Part shown: in pieces, positions 9,991-21,473 of the stretch
How positions within the stretch are numbered: position 1 is the stretch's first letter
Layout of the letters: every line of letters begins with the position of its first letter
Made by a program: the position numbers and the translations under genes
The notes under the pieces: model-generated
What the model saw: the letters and a program-made list of their open reading frames with translations, nothing else
Databases searched by the model: none
What the model was told of the DNA's origin: nothing
Origin: an uncultured Congregibacter sp.
Lineage (GTDB): Bacteria; Pseudomonadota; Gammaproteobacteria; Pseudomonadales; Halieaceae
DNA length: 63,121 nt
Direction: 5' to 3'
NCBI GenBank assembly: GCA_964525195.1
Contig: CAZGGN010000001.1
Location: 1-63,121 of the forward strand

Positions 9991-11121
9991 GTGAGTGAAG
10001 CATCGGTCGGCATTGTTACCCCGCGCGTTGAGCATTTTGACGAGGCGCTTCAATTTGCCTGCGGCGTCACTCTGCCCGCCTACGATCTGATCTTTGAGAC
10101 CTACGGAACGCTCAACGCCGATGCGAGCAACGCCGTTCTGATCTGTCACGCCCTGTCGGGACATCATCACGCGGCCGGATACCACCAGGCCGTTGAGCGC
10201 AAACCCGGCTGGTGGGATGTCTGCATCGGGCCCGGGAAGCCGATTGATACCGGGCGCTTTTTTGTCGTGTCCCTGAACAATCTCGGCGGCTGCCACGGCT
10301 CGACCGGGCCCGCGTCCATCAACCCGGCAACCGGACAGCCCTGGGGGCCGGACTTTCCCCAGCCGGAGGTAGAGGACTGGGTAGACGCCCAGGCGCGCCT
10401 GGCGGACCGCCTAGGCATTCACTGCTGGGCCGCAGTCATTGGCGGCAGTCTCGGCGGCATGCAGGCCATGAGCTGGTCCCTGCGCTATCCGCAGCGCCTG
10501 CGCTACTGCCTGGTGATCGCTGCGGCCATGAAACTCAGCGCCCAGAACATTGCCTTCAACGAAATTGCCCGGCGGGCAATCATGTCGGATCCGGGCTTTG
10601 CCAACGGCAACTACCTGCGCGAGGGGACACAGCCGACCCAGGGACTGGCCCTGGCTCGCATGGTGGGTCACATCACTTACCTGTCCGATGATGCCATGGC
10701 CAACCGGTTCGGGCGGGAGCTGCAGCCTGCGGATCCAAACGAACCTGCATCAGACACGCCGCAATTTCAGATTGAGAGCTACCTGCGCTATCAGGGCACG
10801 CAGTTCTCGTCGATATTTGATGCCAACACCTATGTATTGATGACCCGCGCCCTGGACCGCTTTGATCTTGCGGCGCCCTACGGCGACGATGCAGTGGTCG
10901 CTTTTTCCCGGGCGAAATGCGAGTTTCTGGTCCTGTCCTTTTCAACGGACTGGCGATTCTCCCCGGCGCGCTCGCGGGAAATCGTCGATGCGCTGCTCGC
11001 CGCCGAGAGGCCCGTGAGCTATGCAGAAATTTGCGCGGACGAAGGACACGACGCCTTCCTCCTGCCCATCCCCCGCTACCTCGCCGTGCTGGATGCCTAC
11101 CTGAAGCGGGTGGAAACCTGA
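9991..11121 (+). CDS. metX: Homoserine O-acyltransferase MetX
   Basis: [14 protein letters not shown] nucleophile motif, GHDAFL. Confidence 0.96.
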   Translation: MSEASVGIVTPRVEHFDEALQFACGVTLPAYDLIFETYGTLNADASNAVLICHALSGHHHAAGYHQAVERKPGWWDVCIGPGKPIDTGRFFVVSLNNLGGCHGSTGPASINPATGQPWGPDFPQPEVEDWVDAQARLADRLGIHCWAAVIGGSLGGMQAMSWSLRYPQRLRYCLVIAAAMKLSAQNIAFNEIARRAIMSDPGFANGNYLREGTQPTQGLALARMVGHITYLSDDAMANRFGRELQPADPNEPASDTPQFQIESYLRYQGTQFSSIFDANTYVLMTRALDRFDLAAPYGDDAVVAFSRAKCEFLVLSFSTDWRFSPARSREIVDALLAAERPVSYAEICADEGHDAFLLPIPRYLAVLDAYLKRVET

Positions 11122-11711
11122 TGCGCCAGGATCTCACCCACATTCTGCGCTGGATTACTCCCGGCGCCCGGGTTCTGGATCTGGGCTGTGCTGACGGGGA
11201 GTTTCTGGCCCTGCTGCGGAAGCAGCGCCAGGCGCGGGTCACCGGCATCGAGATTGATCCGGATGCCATTACCGTTGCGTTGGCCAGGGGCCTGAACATT
11301 ATCGAGCAGGATCTGGACGGTGGTCTGGCTAATTTCCCGGACCGGAGCTTTGACATGGTGGTGATGGCGCATGCGCTGCAGGCCGTTCACTACCCGGATA
11401 AGATACTTGAAGAAATGCTGCGCGTGGGTCGTGAATGTGTCGTGACCTTTCCGAATTTCGGCCACTGGCGCTGCCGTGTCCATCTTGCGACCAGAGGACG
11501 TATGCCGGTGTCGCGCTTCATGCCCTACACTTGGTATGACTCGCCGAATATTCATTTCTGCACGGTCCGGGATTTCGAGACGCTCTGTCGACAGCGGGGA
11601 ATACGTATTCTGGGTCAGGACATGATTGGCGGCGAGGAGGGGGGCACGGTCCTCGCCCGGCGCTGGCCCAATCTTTTTGCAACGACTGCGATCTACCATA
11701 TCAGCCGATGA
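11121..11711 (+). CDS. metW: Methionine biosynthesis protein MetW
   Basis: ATG overlaps metX stop; VLDLGCADG, FPNFGHW, PYTWYDSPNIHFCT. Confidence 0.95.
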   Translation: MRQDLTHILRWITPGARVLDLGCADGEFLALLRKQRQARVTGIEIDPDAITVALARGLNIIEQDLDGGLANFPDRSFDMVVMAHALQAVHYPDKILEEMLRVGRECVVTFPNFGHWRCRVHLATRGRMPVSRFMPYTWYDSPNIHFCTVRDFETLCRQRGIRILGQDMIGGEEGGTVLARRWPNLFATTAIYHISR

Positions 11712-12202
11712 TGTCTTTTTTCTCTATCTGTGGTGACTATCTGACTTCGCGCAACAGCCAAAGACCGTTTGGATTACTCCTGCTTTGGGCGTTGTGCCTT
11801 GTGAGCACCGGCACCCAGGCGCAACTCTCTGAACGCTTCGGAAACTACGAGCTCCACTACAGCGTAGTCAACACCACCTTTATCGAGCCCGAGGTGGCGG
11901 CGCAGTACGGACTGGCCCGCGGCTCCCGGCGAGCCATTATCAACCTGTCACTGCGCGAGCACCTGGACGATGGCAGCACCGAGGCCCGGGAAATGACGCT
12001 CACCGGGCTCAGCCGGGACCTCACTCAGCAGCAGGTGGATTTCGACTTCATCGAGGTGCGCGAGGGCCCGGCAATCTATTACATCGGGGAATTCAAATTC
12101 ATTAACCGCGAGTGGCGTTTTTTTGAAGTGAGCTTCAGTCCCAAGGACTCCGAAGAGAGCTTCAGCTTCGAGTTCAAGCGGCAGATGTATATCAATGACT
12201 AG
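11708..12202 (+). CDS. DUF4426 family exported protein
   Basis: Signal-like segment; HYSVVNTTFIEPEVAAQYG, EGPAIYYI; metW-DUF4426-rdgB synteny; start uncertain. Confidence 0.85.
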   Translation: MMSFFSICGDYLTSRNSQRPFGLLLLWALCLVSTGTQAQLSERFGNYELHYSVVNTTFIEPEVAAQYGLARGSRRAIINLSLREHLDDGSTEAREMTLTGLSRDLTQQQVDFDFIEVREGPAIYYIGEFKFINREWRFFEVSFSPKDSEESFSFEFKRQMYIND

Positions 12203-12821
12203 GCTGGCGGGACTTCCCCTTGAGGGAGAACTCGTCATCGCCAGCGGGAACAGCGGCAAGCTGCGGGAGTTCGCCCGGCTTCTGGGTCACCTGCCCCTGC
12301 AGCTGCGCCTGCAATCAGAGCTGAACGTGGTACCCGCCGAAGAAACCGGCCTGACTTTCGTCGAGAATGCGATTCTCAAGGCCCGGGCGGCATCCGCCCA
12401 GACCGGACTGTCGGCACTCGCGGATGACTCCGGCCTGGAGGTCGACGCCCTGCGCGGTGCGCCGGGGGTTCGCTCCGCACGCTACGCCGGGGAGGATGGA
12501 CCAAACGCCGACGCGGCGAACAAAGCCCGGCTCCTGAAGGATATGGCAACGGTAGCCGATGGGCAGCGCCAGGCTCGCTTCCACTGCGTACTGGTGCTGC
12601 TGCGCCACGCGGAGGATCCGGTCCCGGTGATCGCTCAGGGCAGCTGGGAAGGCCTGATCCTGCACAGGGAGCAGGGTGAGGGAGGCTTTGGCTACGATCC
12701 GCTCTTTTATGTCCCGACCCATCGCATGAGCGCCGCAGAACTGGATGCCGGCGAGAAAAACGCGATCAGTCACCGGGGCCTGGCGACCGCTCAGCTGCTC
12801 AGTCTCCTCGGCAATCACTGA
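12195..12821 (+). CDS. rdgB: dITP/XTP pyrophosphatase
   Basis: ASGNSGKLRE, ADDSGLEV, GFGYDPLF, SHRG. Confidence 0.97.
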   Translation: MTRLAGLPLEGELVIASGNSGKLREFARLLGHLPLQLRLQSELNVVPAEETGLTFVENAILKARAASAQTGLSALADDSGLEVDALRGAPGVRSARYAGEDGPNADAANKARLLKDMATVADGQRQARFHCVLVLLRHAEDPVPVIAQGSWEGLILHREQGEGGFGYDPLFYVPTHRMSAAELDAGEKNAISHRGLATAQLLSLLGNH

Positions 12822-12831
12822 GGTATCGCCA

Positions 12832-13980
12832 ATGGGTCTGCCGCCGCTGGGCCTGTATATTCACCTGCCCTGGTGTGAGCGCAAGTGTCCCTACTGCGAC
12901 TTCAATTCCCATGAGACCGACAGCCTGCCGGAAGGCGCCTATATCGATGCACTGATCGAGGACCTGGGCCGGGAGATACGGGACGAAAGGCGGCCCATCG
13001 AAACGATCTTTATTGGCGGCGGCACCCCCAGCCTGTTCAGCGTCGCGGGAATCTCCCGACTCATGGACAGCATCCGCGAGCTGACAACACTTGCCACGGA
13101 CGCAGAAATCACCATGGAAGCCAATCCCGGGAGCGTCGAGAGAGCGCGTCTGGCGGGCTACGCTCAGGCCGGCATTACGCGGTTTTCCCTGGGCATTCAA
13201 AGCTTTGATGACAACTGCCTCACGGCATTGGGGCGGGTACACAACGCCGCCGCCGCAAGCGCCGCGGTTGCGGCGGCCAGACAAACCGGCATCAAGAGTT
13301 TCAACATCGATCTGATGCACGGGCTGCCGCGACAGAACCTCACGCAGGGACTTGCCGATATCCGCACAGCGCTGGCTCTGGAGCCGCCGCATCTGTCCTG
13401 GTACCAGCTGACGATTGAGCCCAATACGCGCTTTTACAGCGACACGCCAACGCTCCCGAGCGAGAACATTCTCGGCTCCCTTGAAGAGCAGGGGACGGCA
13501 CTGCTGGAAGCGGCGGGCTATCGACGCTACGAAGTCTCGGCCTGGGCGAGACCCGGTCAGGAGTGTCGCCACAATCTGAATTACTGGCGATTTGGCGATT
13601 ACCTGGCCATCGGTGCCGGAGCCCACGGCAAAGTGAGCTTTGCGGACGGACGGGTCATGCGCTACGCGAAGACACGCAGGCCTGAGGACTACCTTGCGCC
13701 TCACGGCACGGCGCGCAAGGCCCGGCGTTACCTGAGCGACGAGGACAAGCGGGGAGAATTCATGCTCAACGCCCTGCGGCTTGAAGCGGGCTTCAGCCTC
13801 GCGCTCTTTGAAGCCCGCACGGGGCTCCCCGCGGATAGCCTCAAGACAAGGCTTGGGAAGCTAAGCGATCAGGGTCTGCTTGAGCTTGATGCGGACGAGG
13901 GGATTGTTCGCTGCACCGCGCTCGGATGGCGGTTTCTCGATGACGTCGTCGGTCACTTCTTTACGGAGCCAGCCGCCTAG
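12832..13980 (+). CDS. hemW: Radical SAM heme chaperone
   Basis: YIHLPWCERKCPYCDFNS, GGGTPS, HNLNYW. Confidence 0.95.
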   Translation: MGLPPLGLYIHLPWCERKCPYCDFNSHETDSLPEGAYIDALIEDLGREIRDERRPIETIFIGGGTPSLFSVAGISRLMDSIRELTTLATDAEITMEANPGSVERARLAGYAQAGITRFSLGIQSFDDNCLTALGRVHNAAAASAAVAAARQTGIKSFNIDLMHGLPRQNLTQGLADIRTALALEPPHLSWYQLTIEPNTRFYSDTPTLPSENILGSLEEQGTALLEAAGYRRYEVSAWARPGQECRHNLNYWRFGDYLAIGAGAHGKVSFADGRVMRYAKTRRPEDYLAPHGTARKARRYLSDEDKRGEFMLNALRLEAGFSLALFEARTGLPADSLKTRLGKLSDQGLLELDADEGIVRCTALGWRFLDDVVGHFFTEPAA

Positions 13981-14672
13981 TCCACACGCCGGTAAACGAG
14001 ATCCCATACGCCGTGTCCCAGACGCTGGCCCCGGGCCTCAAACTTGGTCAGGGGCCGCTCCTCGGGTTTTGGAACATAGCGACCGTCGGGGGCGGTATTT
14101 TCCAGAAGGGGGCAAGCGTTGATCACCTCCAGCATATGCTCAGCGTAGGGCTCCCAATCGGTCGCCAGATGGAGTAAGCCACCCGCGCTTAACCTGGAGG
14201 CCGCCAGCCGGGTGAACCCGGGCTGGATCAATCGTCGCTTGTGATGACGCTTTTTATGCCAGGGGTCCGGAAAGAAAATCTGCAGCCGCTGCAAAGCGTC
14301 CGGCGCAATACAATTCTCCAGCACCTCCACCGCATCGTGGCACATCACGCGGATATTCTTCAGGCCCCGCTCCTGAACGCCGTGCAGGAGTTTTCCGACG
14401 CCGGGACGGTGTACCTCGACGCCCAGATACTGCGCCTCGGGCCGCGCCTCCGCCATGTCCAACAGGGAGGTGCCCATACCAAAGCCGATTTCCAGAACGC
14501 GCTCCCCGGTCTCGCCAAAGAGCGCATCGAAATCCAGGGGTTGAGCCTGGTAATCGATACCCCAGCGCAGCCAACCCTCGTCGAAACCGCGCTGCTGCGC
14601 TTCAGTCATGCGCCCGGCGCGCAGCACAAAACTGCGGATGCGACGTTCGGGCCGCGCAGAATCCTCAGTCAC
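13977..14672 (-). CDS. trmB: tRNA (guanine-N7)-methyltransferase
   Basis: IRSFVLRAGR, EIGFGMG, FFPDPWHKKRH, ATDWEPYA, TKFEARG; GTG start inferred. Confidence 0.96.
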   Translation of the reverse strand: MTEDSARPERRIRSFVLRAGRMTEAQQRGFDEGWLRWGIDYQAQPLDFDALFGETGERVLEIGFGMGTSLLDMAEARPEAQYLGVEVHRPGVGKLLHGVQERGLKNIRVMCHDAVEVLENCIAPDALQRLQIFFPDPWHKKRHHKRRLIQPGFTRLAASRLSAGGLLHLATDWEPYAEHMLEVINACPLLENTAPDGRYVPKPEERPLTKFEARGQRLGHGVWDLVYRRVD

Positions 14673-14676
14673 GACA

Positions 14677-14908
14677 TTAATGACCCAGCAGTTGCCAGCC
14701 GGCGGCCGCCAGACAACCCCAGGCGGCGATGAAGGCGAGACCGCCCAAGGGGGTGACCGCACCGAGCCAGCGCATGCCACTAAAGCTCAAAATATAGAGA
14801 CTGCCGGAGAACACGAGGATCCCCAGAAGAAAGAGAAGTACGCTGGATTTGAGGAGCCACGCTGAGGAGTCCGCCGAGGGCACCCAGAACAAAACTTAGC
14901 TGCGCCAT
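14677..14908 (-). pseudogene. DUF423 (YgdD/TMEM256) membrane protein with internal deletion and frameshift
   Basis: SD CAGGAGG + ATG at 14908 gives MAQLSFVLGALGGLLSVA then a premature TAG; the C-terminal GILVFSGSLY...LGAVTPLGG motifs are in a different frame; the middle GAFGAH segment is missing. Confidence 0.75.
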
Positions 14909-14984
14909 CAAAAACCTCCTGCTGGCGGGGGTGGGTACGGCGGGAGCAGATTCGACCGTTAGAGACGGAACGTACAGAGCCTGA

Positions 14985-15881
14985 TCAGGCGACCAGCTCT
15001 GTGCGGATTTTTTTCATGGCGGCCTGCTCGAGCTGGCGAATGCGCTCCGCAGAGACGCCATACTCTGCAGCCAGTTCATGCAGCGTGGCCTTGTCATCGG
15101 TCAGCCACCGGCGCGCAAGGATATCGCGACTGCGCTCATCGAGAGCGGCAATTGCCGTGTGCAGCTGGGCCTGACTGTCGGCCTGCCACTCACTATCCTC
15201 AACGCTCATGGCCGGATCCATACTGTGATCCTCAAGATAGTGCTGCGGGGACTGCCAGGCATCATCTTCATCGGAATCCGTCGGGGCATCAAAGGCGATG
15301 TCGCGGCTGCTAAGACGCCCTTCCATGCGCTGTACTTCTTTGACATCGACACCCAGGTCATCAGCAACGGCCTGCGCTTCGTCAGCGCTCAGCCAGGCCA
15401 GACTCTTCTTGGCACCGCGCAGATTGAAAAACAGCTTGCGCTGCGCCTTGGTCGTAGCCACCTTGACGATGCGCCAGTTGCGCAGAATAAACTCGTGGAT
15501 TTCGGCCTTGATCCAGTGCACCGCAAAGGACACGAGGCGCACGCCCTTGGTCGGGTCAAAGCGCTTGACCGCCTTCATCAGACCGACGTTGCCTTCCTGA
15601 ATCAGGTCCGCCTCGGCCAGACCATAGCCTTTGTAGCTGCGGGCGATGTGCACCACAAAGCGCAGATGGGACATAACCAACTCCCGGGCCGCCTGAACAT
15701 CCCCTTCGTAAAACAGCTTCTCCGCCAGCGAATGCTCGCGCTCGGGGCTGAGAATAGGAATGCTTGCAACGGCCTGGACATAGGCCGCAAGATTGGCGCC
15801 GGGCACCATCTGGTCGACAGCCAAAAGCTGCCCACCGGAACTGCGGCGATTATCGTTTGCAGTAGTCATCAGTTCAGTCAC
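14985..15881 (-). CDS. rpoH: RNA polymerase heat-shock sigma-32
   Basis: DLIQEGNVGLMKAV, RpoH box QRKLFFNLR, SAERIRQLE; ftsX-rpoH synteny. Confidence 0.98.
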   Translation of the reverse strand: MTELMTTANDNRRSSGGQLLAVDQMVPGANLAAYVQAVASIPILSPEREHSLAEKLFYEGDVQAARELVMSHLRFVVHIARSYKGYGLAEADLIQEGNVGLMKAVKRFDPTKGVRLVSFAVHWIKAEIHEFILRNWRIVKVATTKAQRKLFFNLRGAKKSLAWLSADEAQAVADDLGVDVKEVQRMEGRLSSRDIAFDAPTDSDEDDAWQSPQHYLEDHSMDPAMSVEDSEWQADSQAQLHTAIAALDERSRDILARRWLTDDKATLHELAAEYGVSAERIRQLEQAAMKKIRTELVA

Positions 15882-15908
15882 GACCTACTCCATAATGGGG
15901 GACGAATA

Positions 15909-15935
15909 TTAGCACTCTCAGCATTAGAGTGCTAA
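15909..15935. promoter_or_regulatory. CIRCE operator (HrcA binding site)
   Basis: Perfect TTAGCACTC-N9-GAGTGCTAA, 27 bp upstream of the rpoH start. Confidence 0.93.
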
Positions 15936-15950
15936 ACGCCGAAAAGTTCC
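15924..15950 (-). promoter_or_regulatory. Candidate sigmaE (RpoE/AlgU) promoter of rpoH
   Basis: GGAACTT-N15-TCTAA on the minus strand; spacer is one base shorter than the usual 16. Confidence 0.5.
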
Positions 15951-15982
15951 CTTTATTGCCCGGCTTAGACTCTTTTGTTATA

Positions 15983-16960
15983 TCAGCGGGGCTCTATAGC
16001 TCGCAGATGTCGGGCGACCGCCAACCACGCGCCGGCAAGCCCCAGCAGGGCCCCCAGCAATACAAGCTGAAGGCTGTCCACCAGACCCAGACCGCGCAGG
16101 ACAAAGTCGCTCTGATAGGCCATTGCCAGCGCATTGACCGGGGAGGCCAGCAACAGCGTTCCGAGCGCCACCAGCAGCGCGGAGATCACCCCGCCACCGA
16201 GCCCGAACCACAGGCCCGTATAGAGCAGAGGCCGGCGCACAAAGGCATCCGTTCCCCCGACCAGTTTGACAATCACGATTTCATCGCGGCGACTCTCTAT
16301 CGCCAGGCGGATAGTGTTGCCCAGCACCAGAACAACCGCCGCCAGCAGGAGTCCCGCCAGTAACTGCACCGCGCGCCGCCCCAGTTGCATGAGGGACTGC
16401 AGGCGCCGAAGCCAGACGGTATCCAGAATCACCTCGTCCACCGCCGCCAGGGCGGCCAACTCATCACGCAGCCCGGTCAGGTCGTCTGCGGGGCTCGCCA
16501 CCGGCAGAACCAGCAGCAGATGCGGCAGAGGATTCTGCGGCAGACCTGCCGCCAGATCACCCATCCCCGAGCGCTGCACAAATTCGGCCAGCGCATCGTC
16601 CCGGTGAATAAAGCTCGCGCTGTCGATGTCGTCGCGCTGGGCGAGTGTGACAGCCATGGCGCGGCCATCTTCGGAGGTGGTTTCTTCGGAGAGGAACAGC
16701 GATAGCTGCGCCGGGCTGTCCAGGTGATCGCTGAGCGTGGACGCATTGTCCAAGAGCACCCACAACCCGCTCGGCAGCGCGATGGCAATCCCGATGACCA
16801 GCCAGGTCATCAGACTGGAAACCGGTTGCTGTAACACCCTTGCCAGGCTATCCGCCGCGGACTGACTGTGGTGTCGGCGCCAGCCGCTCCAGCGCTCCCG
16901 CCAGCGGATACGCCGGGGCCGGGCGTTGCCCGCGCCCGCTGCCGCCGCCCTACGCGCCAT
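15983..16960 (-). CDS. ftsX: Cell division ABC permease FtsX
   Basis: NPLP motif, GNTIRLAIESRRDEI..KLVGGTDAFVRRP. Confidence 0.95.
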   Translation of the reverse strand: MARRAAAAGAGNARPRRIRWRERWSGWRRHHSQSAADSLARVLQQPVSSLMTWLVIGIAIALPSGLWVLLDNASTLSDHLDSPAQLSLFLSEETTSEDGRAMAVTLAQRDDIDSASFIHRDDALAEFVQRSGMGDLAAGLPQNPLPHLLLVLPVASPADDLTGLRDELAALAAVDEVILDTVWLRRLQSLMQLGRRAVQLLAGLLLAAVVLVLGNTIRLAIESRRDEIVIVKLVGGTDAFVRRPLLYTGLWFGLGGGVISALLVALGTLLLASPVNALAMAYQSDFVLRGLGLVDSLQLVLLGALLGLAGAWLAVARHLRAIEPR

Positions 16961-17649
16961 CACAGCTCACCCTGGGCAGCGCTGACGGCAAGGCCTGCGG
17001 ATACCAACCGGCCGTCCTTGAGCCTGAGGATGCGGTGACGTAGCCGGGAGATCAGCGCCAGGTCATGACTGGCAATCAGCACGGTGACGCCGACGCGACT
17101 GAAGTCGACAAACAATTTCATGATCTCCGCAGACAGCTCGGGGTCGAGGTTACCGGTGGGCTCATCCGCAAGAAGAATCTTCGGCCTGGCCACGACCGCC
17201 CGGGCAATCCCCACGCGCTGCTGCTCGCCCCCGGAGAGACTCATGGGCATGGCCTGCTCGCGCTCGAGAAGTCCGACCTTGTCCAGCGCCGCACGCACCC
17301 GGCGATCGATATCGCGGTAATCAAAGCCGGCAATCTGCAGTGGCAGGGCCACGTTATCGAATACCGGCCGATCCATCAGCAGCTTGTGATTCTGAAAGAC
17401 CACGCCGATGGACTGACGATGGCGGGGAATGCCGCCGCGGCGCAGCCGGGACAGGTCCGTATCGCCCACGACCACGCGACCGCGGGTCGGGCGCTCCATC
17501 AGCATGATCAGGCGCAGCAGGGTGCTTTTGCCTGCACCGGAGTGGCCGGTGAGAAAAACCAGTTCTTCGGGTTCGATATTGAAGCTGACTTCGCGCAGCG
17601 CGTCGTGGCTATTTTCATAGCGCTTGCTGACACGCTCAAAGCTGATCAT
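16960..17649 (-). CDS. ftsE: Cell division ATP-binding protein FtsE
   Basis: MISFERVSKRY, GHSGAGKST, LSGGEQQRV, DEPTGNLD. Confidence 0.96.
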   Translation of the reverse strand: MISFERVSKRYENSHDALREVSFNIEPEELVFLTGHSGAGKSTLLRLIMLMERPTRGRVVVGDTDLSRLRRGGIPRHRQSIGVVFQNHKLLMDRPVFDNVALPLQIAGFDYRDIDRRVRAALDKVGLLEREQAMPMSLSGGEQQRVGIARAVVARPKILLADEPTGNLDPELSAEIMKLFVDFSRVGVTVLIASHDLALISRLRHRILRLKDGRLVSAGLAVSAAQGEL

Positions 17650-17656
17650 GGTCGCT

Positions 17657-18694
17657 TCAGCCGCGGTCGAAGAGAGCCTGAATAAACTCTCCGGCCACAA
17701 AGGGGCGCAAATCCTCGGCAGCTTCGCCCACGCCGATAAAGCGTATGGGCAGGCCAAGACGCCGGGCGATCGCAAATATCACGCCGCCTTTGGCCGTGCC
17801 ATCCAGTTTGGTCAGGGTAATACCGGTCACACCAACCGCTTCACCGAACTGCGCCGCCTGCGCCAATGCGTTCTGGCCGGTACCCGCATCCAGCACCAGC
17901 ATAACCTCGTGCGGGGCATCGGGATTAAGCTTGCCCATCACCCGAACCACCTTGCTGAGCTCATCCATCAGATGACTTTTATTTGACAGGCGCCCCGCCG
18001 TGTCGGCAATCAGCACATCCACGCCACGGGCGGTCGCGGCCTGCAGCGCATCGTAGATGACCGAGGCACTGTCGGCGCCGGTATGCTGGGCAATCACCGG
18101 AACATCGTGTCGGTGACCCCAGTGCTGGAGTTGCTCTACGGCCGCAGCGCGGAACGTATCGCCGGCTGCGAGCATGACCGAATGGCCCTGATCCTGGAAG
18201 CGACGCGCAAGTTTTCCAATGGTCGTGGTCTTGCCGACACCGTTAACGCCCACCATAAGAATCACGTAGGGGCTCCCGGCACCGAGCTCCAAGGGCTGCT
18301 CGCAGGGCTGGAGAATACTCTGGAGCTCCTCGCGCAGGGCCTGCATCAGCGCCTCGGGATCGGCCAGCTCCTTGCGCGACACCCGCCCGGTGAGATGCTC
18401 GATAATCTCGCTCGTCGCCTCGATGCCCACATCCGCCATCAGCAGCTGCGACTCGAGTTCCTCCAGCACCTCGGCATCAATAACCTTGCGGCCGAGAAAC
18501 AGATTGCCAAAGCCCGCAACGAGATTGTCGCTGGTGCGTCCCAGGCCGCGCTTGAGGCGTCCAAAAAAACCGGGGGCCGGCCTTGGCGCCGGCTCCGGTG
18601 GCGCCTCGGGCGGAGATGACTCGGGGAGTGCTGCTCCCGGATCTTTAGCCTCGTCGGTCGTCGTATCTCGGGATTTGGATCGAAACAGCTTCAT
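17657..18694 (-). CDS. ftsY: SRP receptor FtsY
   Basis: GVNGVGKTTT, DTFRAAA, DTAGR, TKLDGTAKGG. Confidence 0.97.
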   Translation of the reverse strand: MKLFRSKSRDTTTDEAKDPGAALPESSPPEAPPEPAPRPAPGFFGRLKRGLGRTSDNLVAGFGNLFLGRKVIDAEVLEELESQLLMADVGIEATSEIIEHLTGRVSRKELADPEALMQALREELQSILQPCEQPLELGAGSPYVILMVGVNGVGKTTTIGKLARRFQDQGHSVMLAAGDTFRAAAVEQLQHWGHRHDVPVIAQHTGADSASVIYDALQAATARGVDVLIADTAGRLSNKSHLMDELSKVVRVMGKLNPDAPHEVMLVLDAGTGQNALAQAAQFGEAVGVTGITLTKLDGTAKGGVIFAIARRLGLPIRFIGVGEAAEDLRPFVAGEFIQALFDRG

Positions 18695-18782
18695 GGCGTA
18701 AGAATCAGTGGCTCTGGCGAGTGTCGCAAGCGAAGCGCTATCGTATCATCGCCGGGATTCCAGTCGCGATCTGAGCAGCAAC

Positions 18783-19921
<1,139 letters not shown>

Positions 19922-19941
19922 AGCGCTCGCGACACGGCGCC

Positions 19942-20322
19942 TTACTGCTCGGCCTTACCCGCGGCAGCGGCGTTCTCTTCTTTACGCTGCTTGCGACGCT
20001 CCACGTCCTTGTAGCTGTAGCCGGTCACCCGACAGCCGAGGCAGCGCATAAAGGTTGTCTCCGCCGGCCCCAGAACCAGCTTCTCCGCTGATTCAGAGAC
20101 GGAGCCCGCCAGGATCGTCAGGGGCAGCGATACGACGAATGCTGCACCGCCCACCGCCGTCATCACCAGTCCAATCGGCCGGGCAATAAGCAGGTCGCCT
20201 GTCATGGCAAAGGGGTCGGGGTTCTCATCGATAGAGCCCTGGGCAAAGCCCGGGGGCGCGACAAGCAGCGCAACAACAAGAAGTGCGATCTTACGATTTA
20301 CTTGCGATATCTGAGCTAACAC
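19942..20322 (-). CDS. Conserved hypothetical exported/membrane protein
   Basis: Signal peptide, hydrophobic DLLIARP...SLP segment, TFMRCLGC motif; follows mutM. Confidence 0.75.
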   Translation of the reverse strand: MLAQISQVNRKIALLVVALLVAPPGFAQGSIDENPDPFAMTGDLLIARPIGLVMTAVGGAAFVVSLPLTILAGSVSESAEKLVLGPAETTFMRCLGCRVTGYSYKDVERRKQRKEENAAAAGKAEQ

Positions 20323-20374
20323 CTTGTTTCCTCCGCATTAGGGACTCGCTGAGCTCGCGCCCAGTGTACCCAGA

Positions 20375-21187
20375 TCAGCGCTGACAGGCTATGCAATAAA
20401 CACTGGCTCGCTGGCCAATAATCTTGCCGCGGAGAGGCCGGCCGCAGGCCTTGCAGGGTTCGCCTGCGCGACCGTATACGTACAGCTGCTGGGCGAAGTA
20501 TCCCGGCTTCCCATCACCGCCGACAAAATCTCTCAAGGTAGTTCCACCGTGCTCTATAGCGTTAGTAAGTACTTGCTTAATATGGTCAGCGAGGCGATCG
20601 TAGCGCGGCCTAGAAACCCGCATTGCGGCACAGCCGGGACGAATTCCAGCGAGATAAAGTGCCTCGCTGGCGTAAATATTACCGACGCCGACCACGGTGG
20701 CGCCATCCATGATGAAGGGTTTTACGGCAATCCGCCGTCCGCGCGAGAGCGTGTAGAGTCGCTCACCATCAAAGCGATCAGAGAGTGGTTCCGGCCCCAG
20801 TTTTGTCAGGGGCGCCAGGTCGTCGTCCTGCGCGAACCACTGAAAACTGCCAAAGCGACGGGGGTCGTTGTAGCGCAGGCGAGCGCCGCCGGCCAGTTCC
20901 ATGTCGATATGGTCGTGCTTTGCCGGCGGCTCATCCGCGAGCAGCACGCGCAGCGATCCGGACATGCCCAGGTGGACCAGCAGGGTGCCTCGCTCCATCC
21001 GGAACAGGAGATACTTTGCGCGTCGCTCCAGAGCGCGAATGCGCTGACCCCGCAAGATCTCCGGCAGCATCGGCGGCACGGGCCAGCGCAGGCGCCCCTC
21101 GCGCACCACCACCCGGGTAATGTGTCTGCCCTCGCAGTAGGGACTTAAGCCGCGGCGGGTCGTTTCAACCTCGGGAAGCTCTGGCAC
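20375..21187 (-). CDS. mutM: Formamidopyrimidine-DNA glycosylase
   Basis: [24 protein letters not shown]-terminal zinc finger. Confidence 0.98.
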   Translation of the reverse strand: MPELPEVETTRRGLSPYCEGRHITRVVVREGRLRWPVPPMLPEILRGQRIRALERRAKYLLFRMERGTLLVHLGMSGSLRVLLADEPPAKHDHIDMELAGGARLRYNDPRRFGSFQWFAQDDDLAPLTKLGPEPLSDRFDGERLYTLSRGRRIAVKPFIMDGATVVGVGNIYASEALYLAGIRPGCAAMRVSRPRYDRLADHIKQVLTNAIEHGGTTLRDFVGGDGKPGYFAQQLYVYGRAGEPCKACGRPLRGKIIGQRASVYCIACQR

Positions 21188-21218
21188 CGGTTCCTCCTGA
21201 GCCTAATCCAGCGGACAC

Positions 21219-21247
21219 AAAAAACCCCGAACTGCGCCGGGGTTTTT
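21219..21247 (-). terminator. Rho-independent terminator of rpmB-rpmG
   Basis: AAAAACCCCGG-loop-TCGGGGTTTTTT hairpin plus U tract on the minus strand. Confidence 0.85.
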
Positions 21248-21288
21248 ATCGATGCCTGCTTTCACAGCAGACAACAGCCACACTTGGC

Positions 21289-21444
21289 TTACTTGATTTT
21301 GCCTTCCTTGTACATCACGTGCTTGCGGGCAACGGGATCGTACTTTTTCATTTCCAGCTTGTCCGGCGTCGTGCGCTTGTTCTTGTCGGTCGTGTAAAAG
21401 TGCCCGGTACCGGCGCTCGAGTTCATGCGAACTTTTTCTCTCAT
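21289..21444 (-). CDS. rpmG: 50S ribosomal protein L33 (not in ORF track)
   Basis: Manual translation [51 protein letters not shown]. Confidence 0.97.
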   Translation of the reverse strand: MREKVRMNSSAGTGHFYTTDKNKRTTPDKLEMKKYDPVARKHVMYKEGKIK

Positions 21445-21473
21445 GATGCTGCCTCTCTCAATCTATTGCTGCC

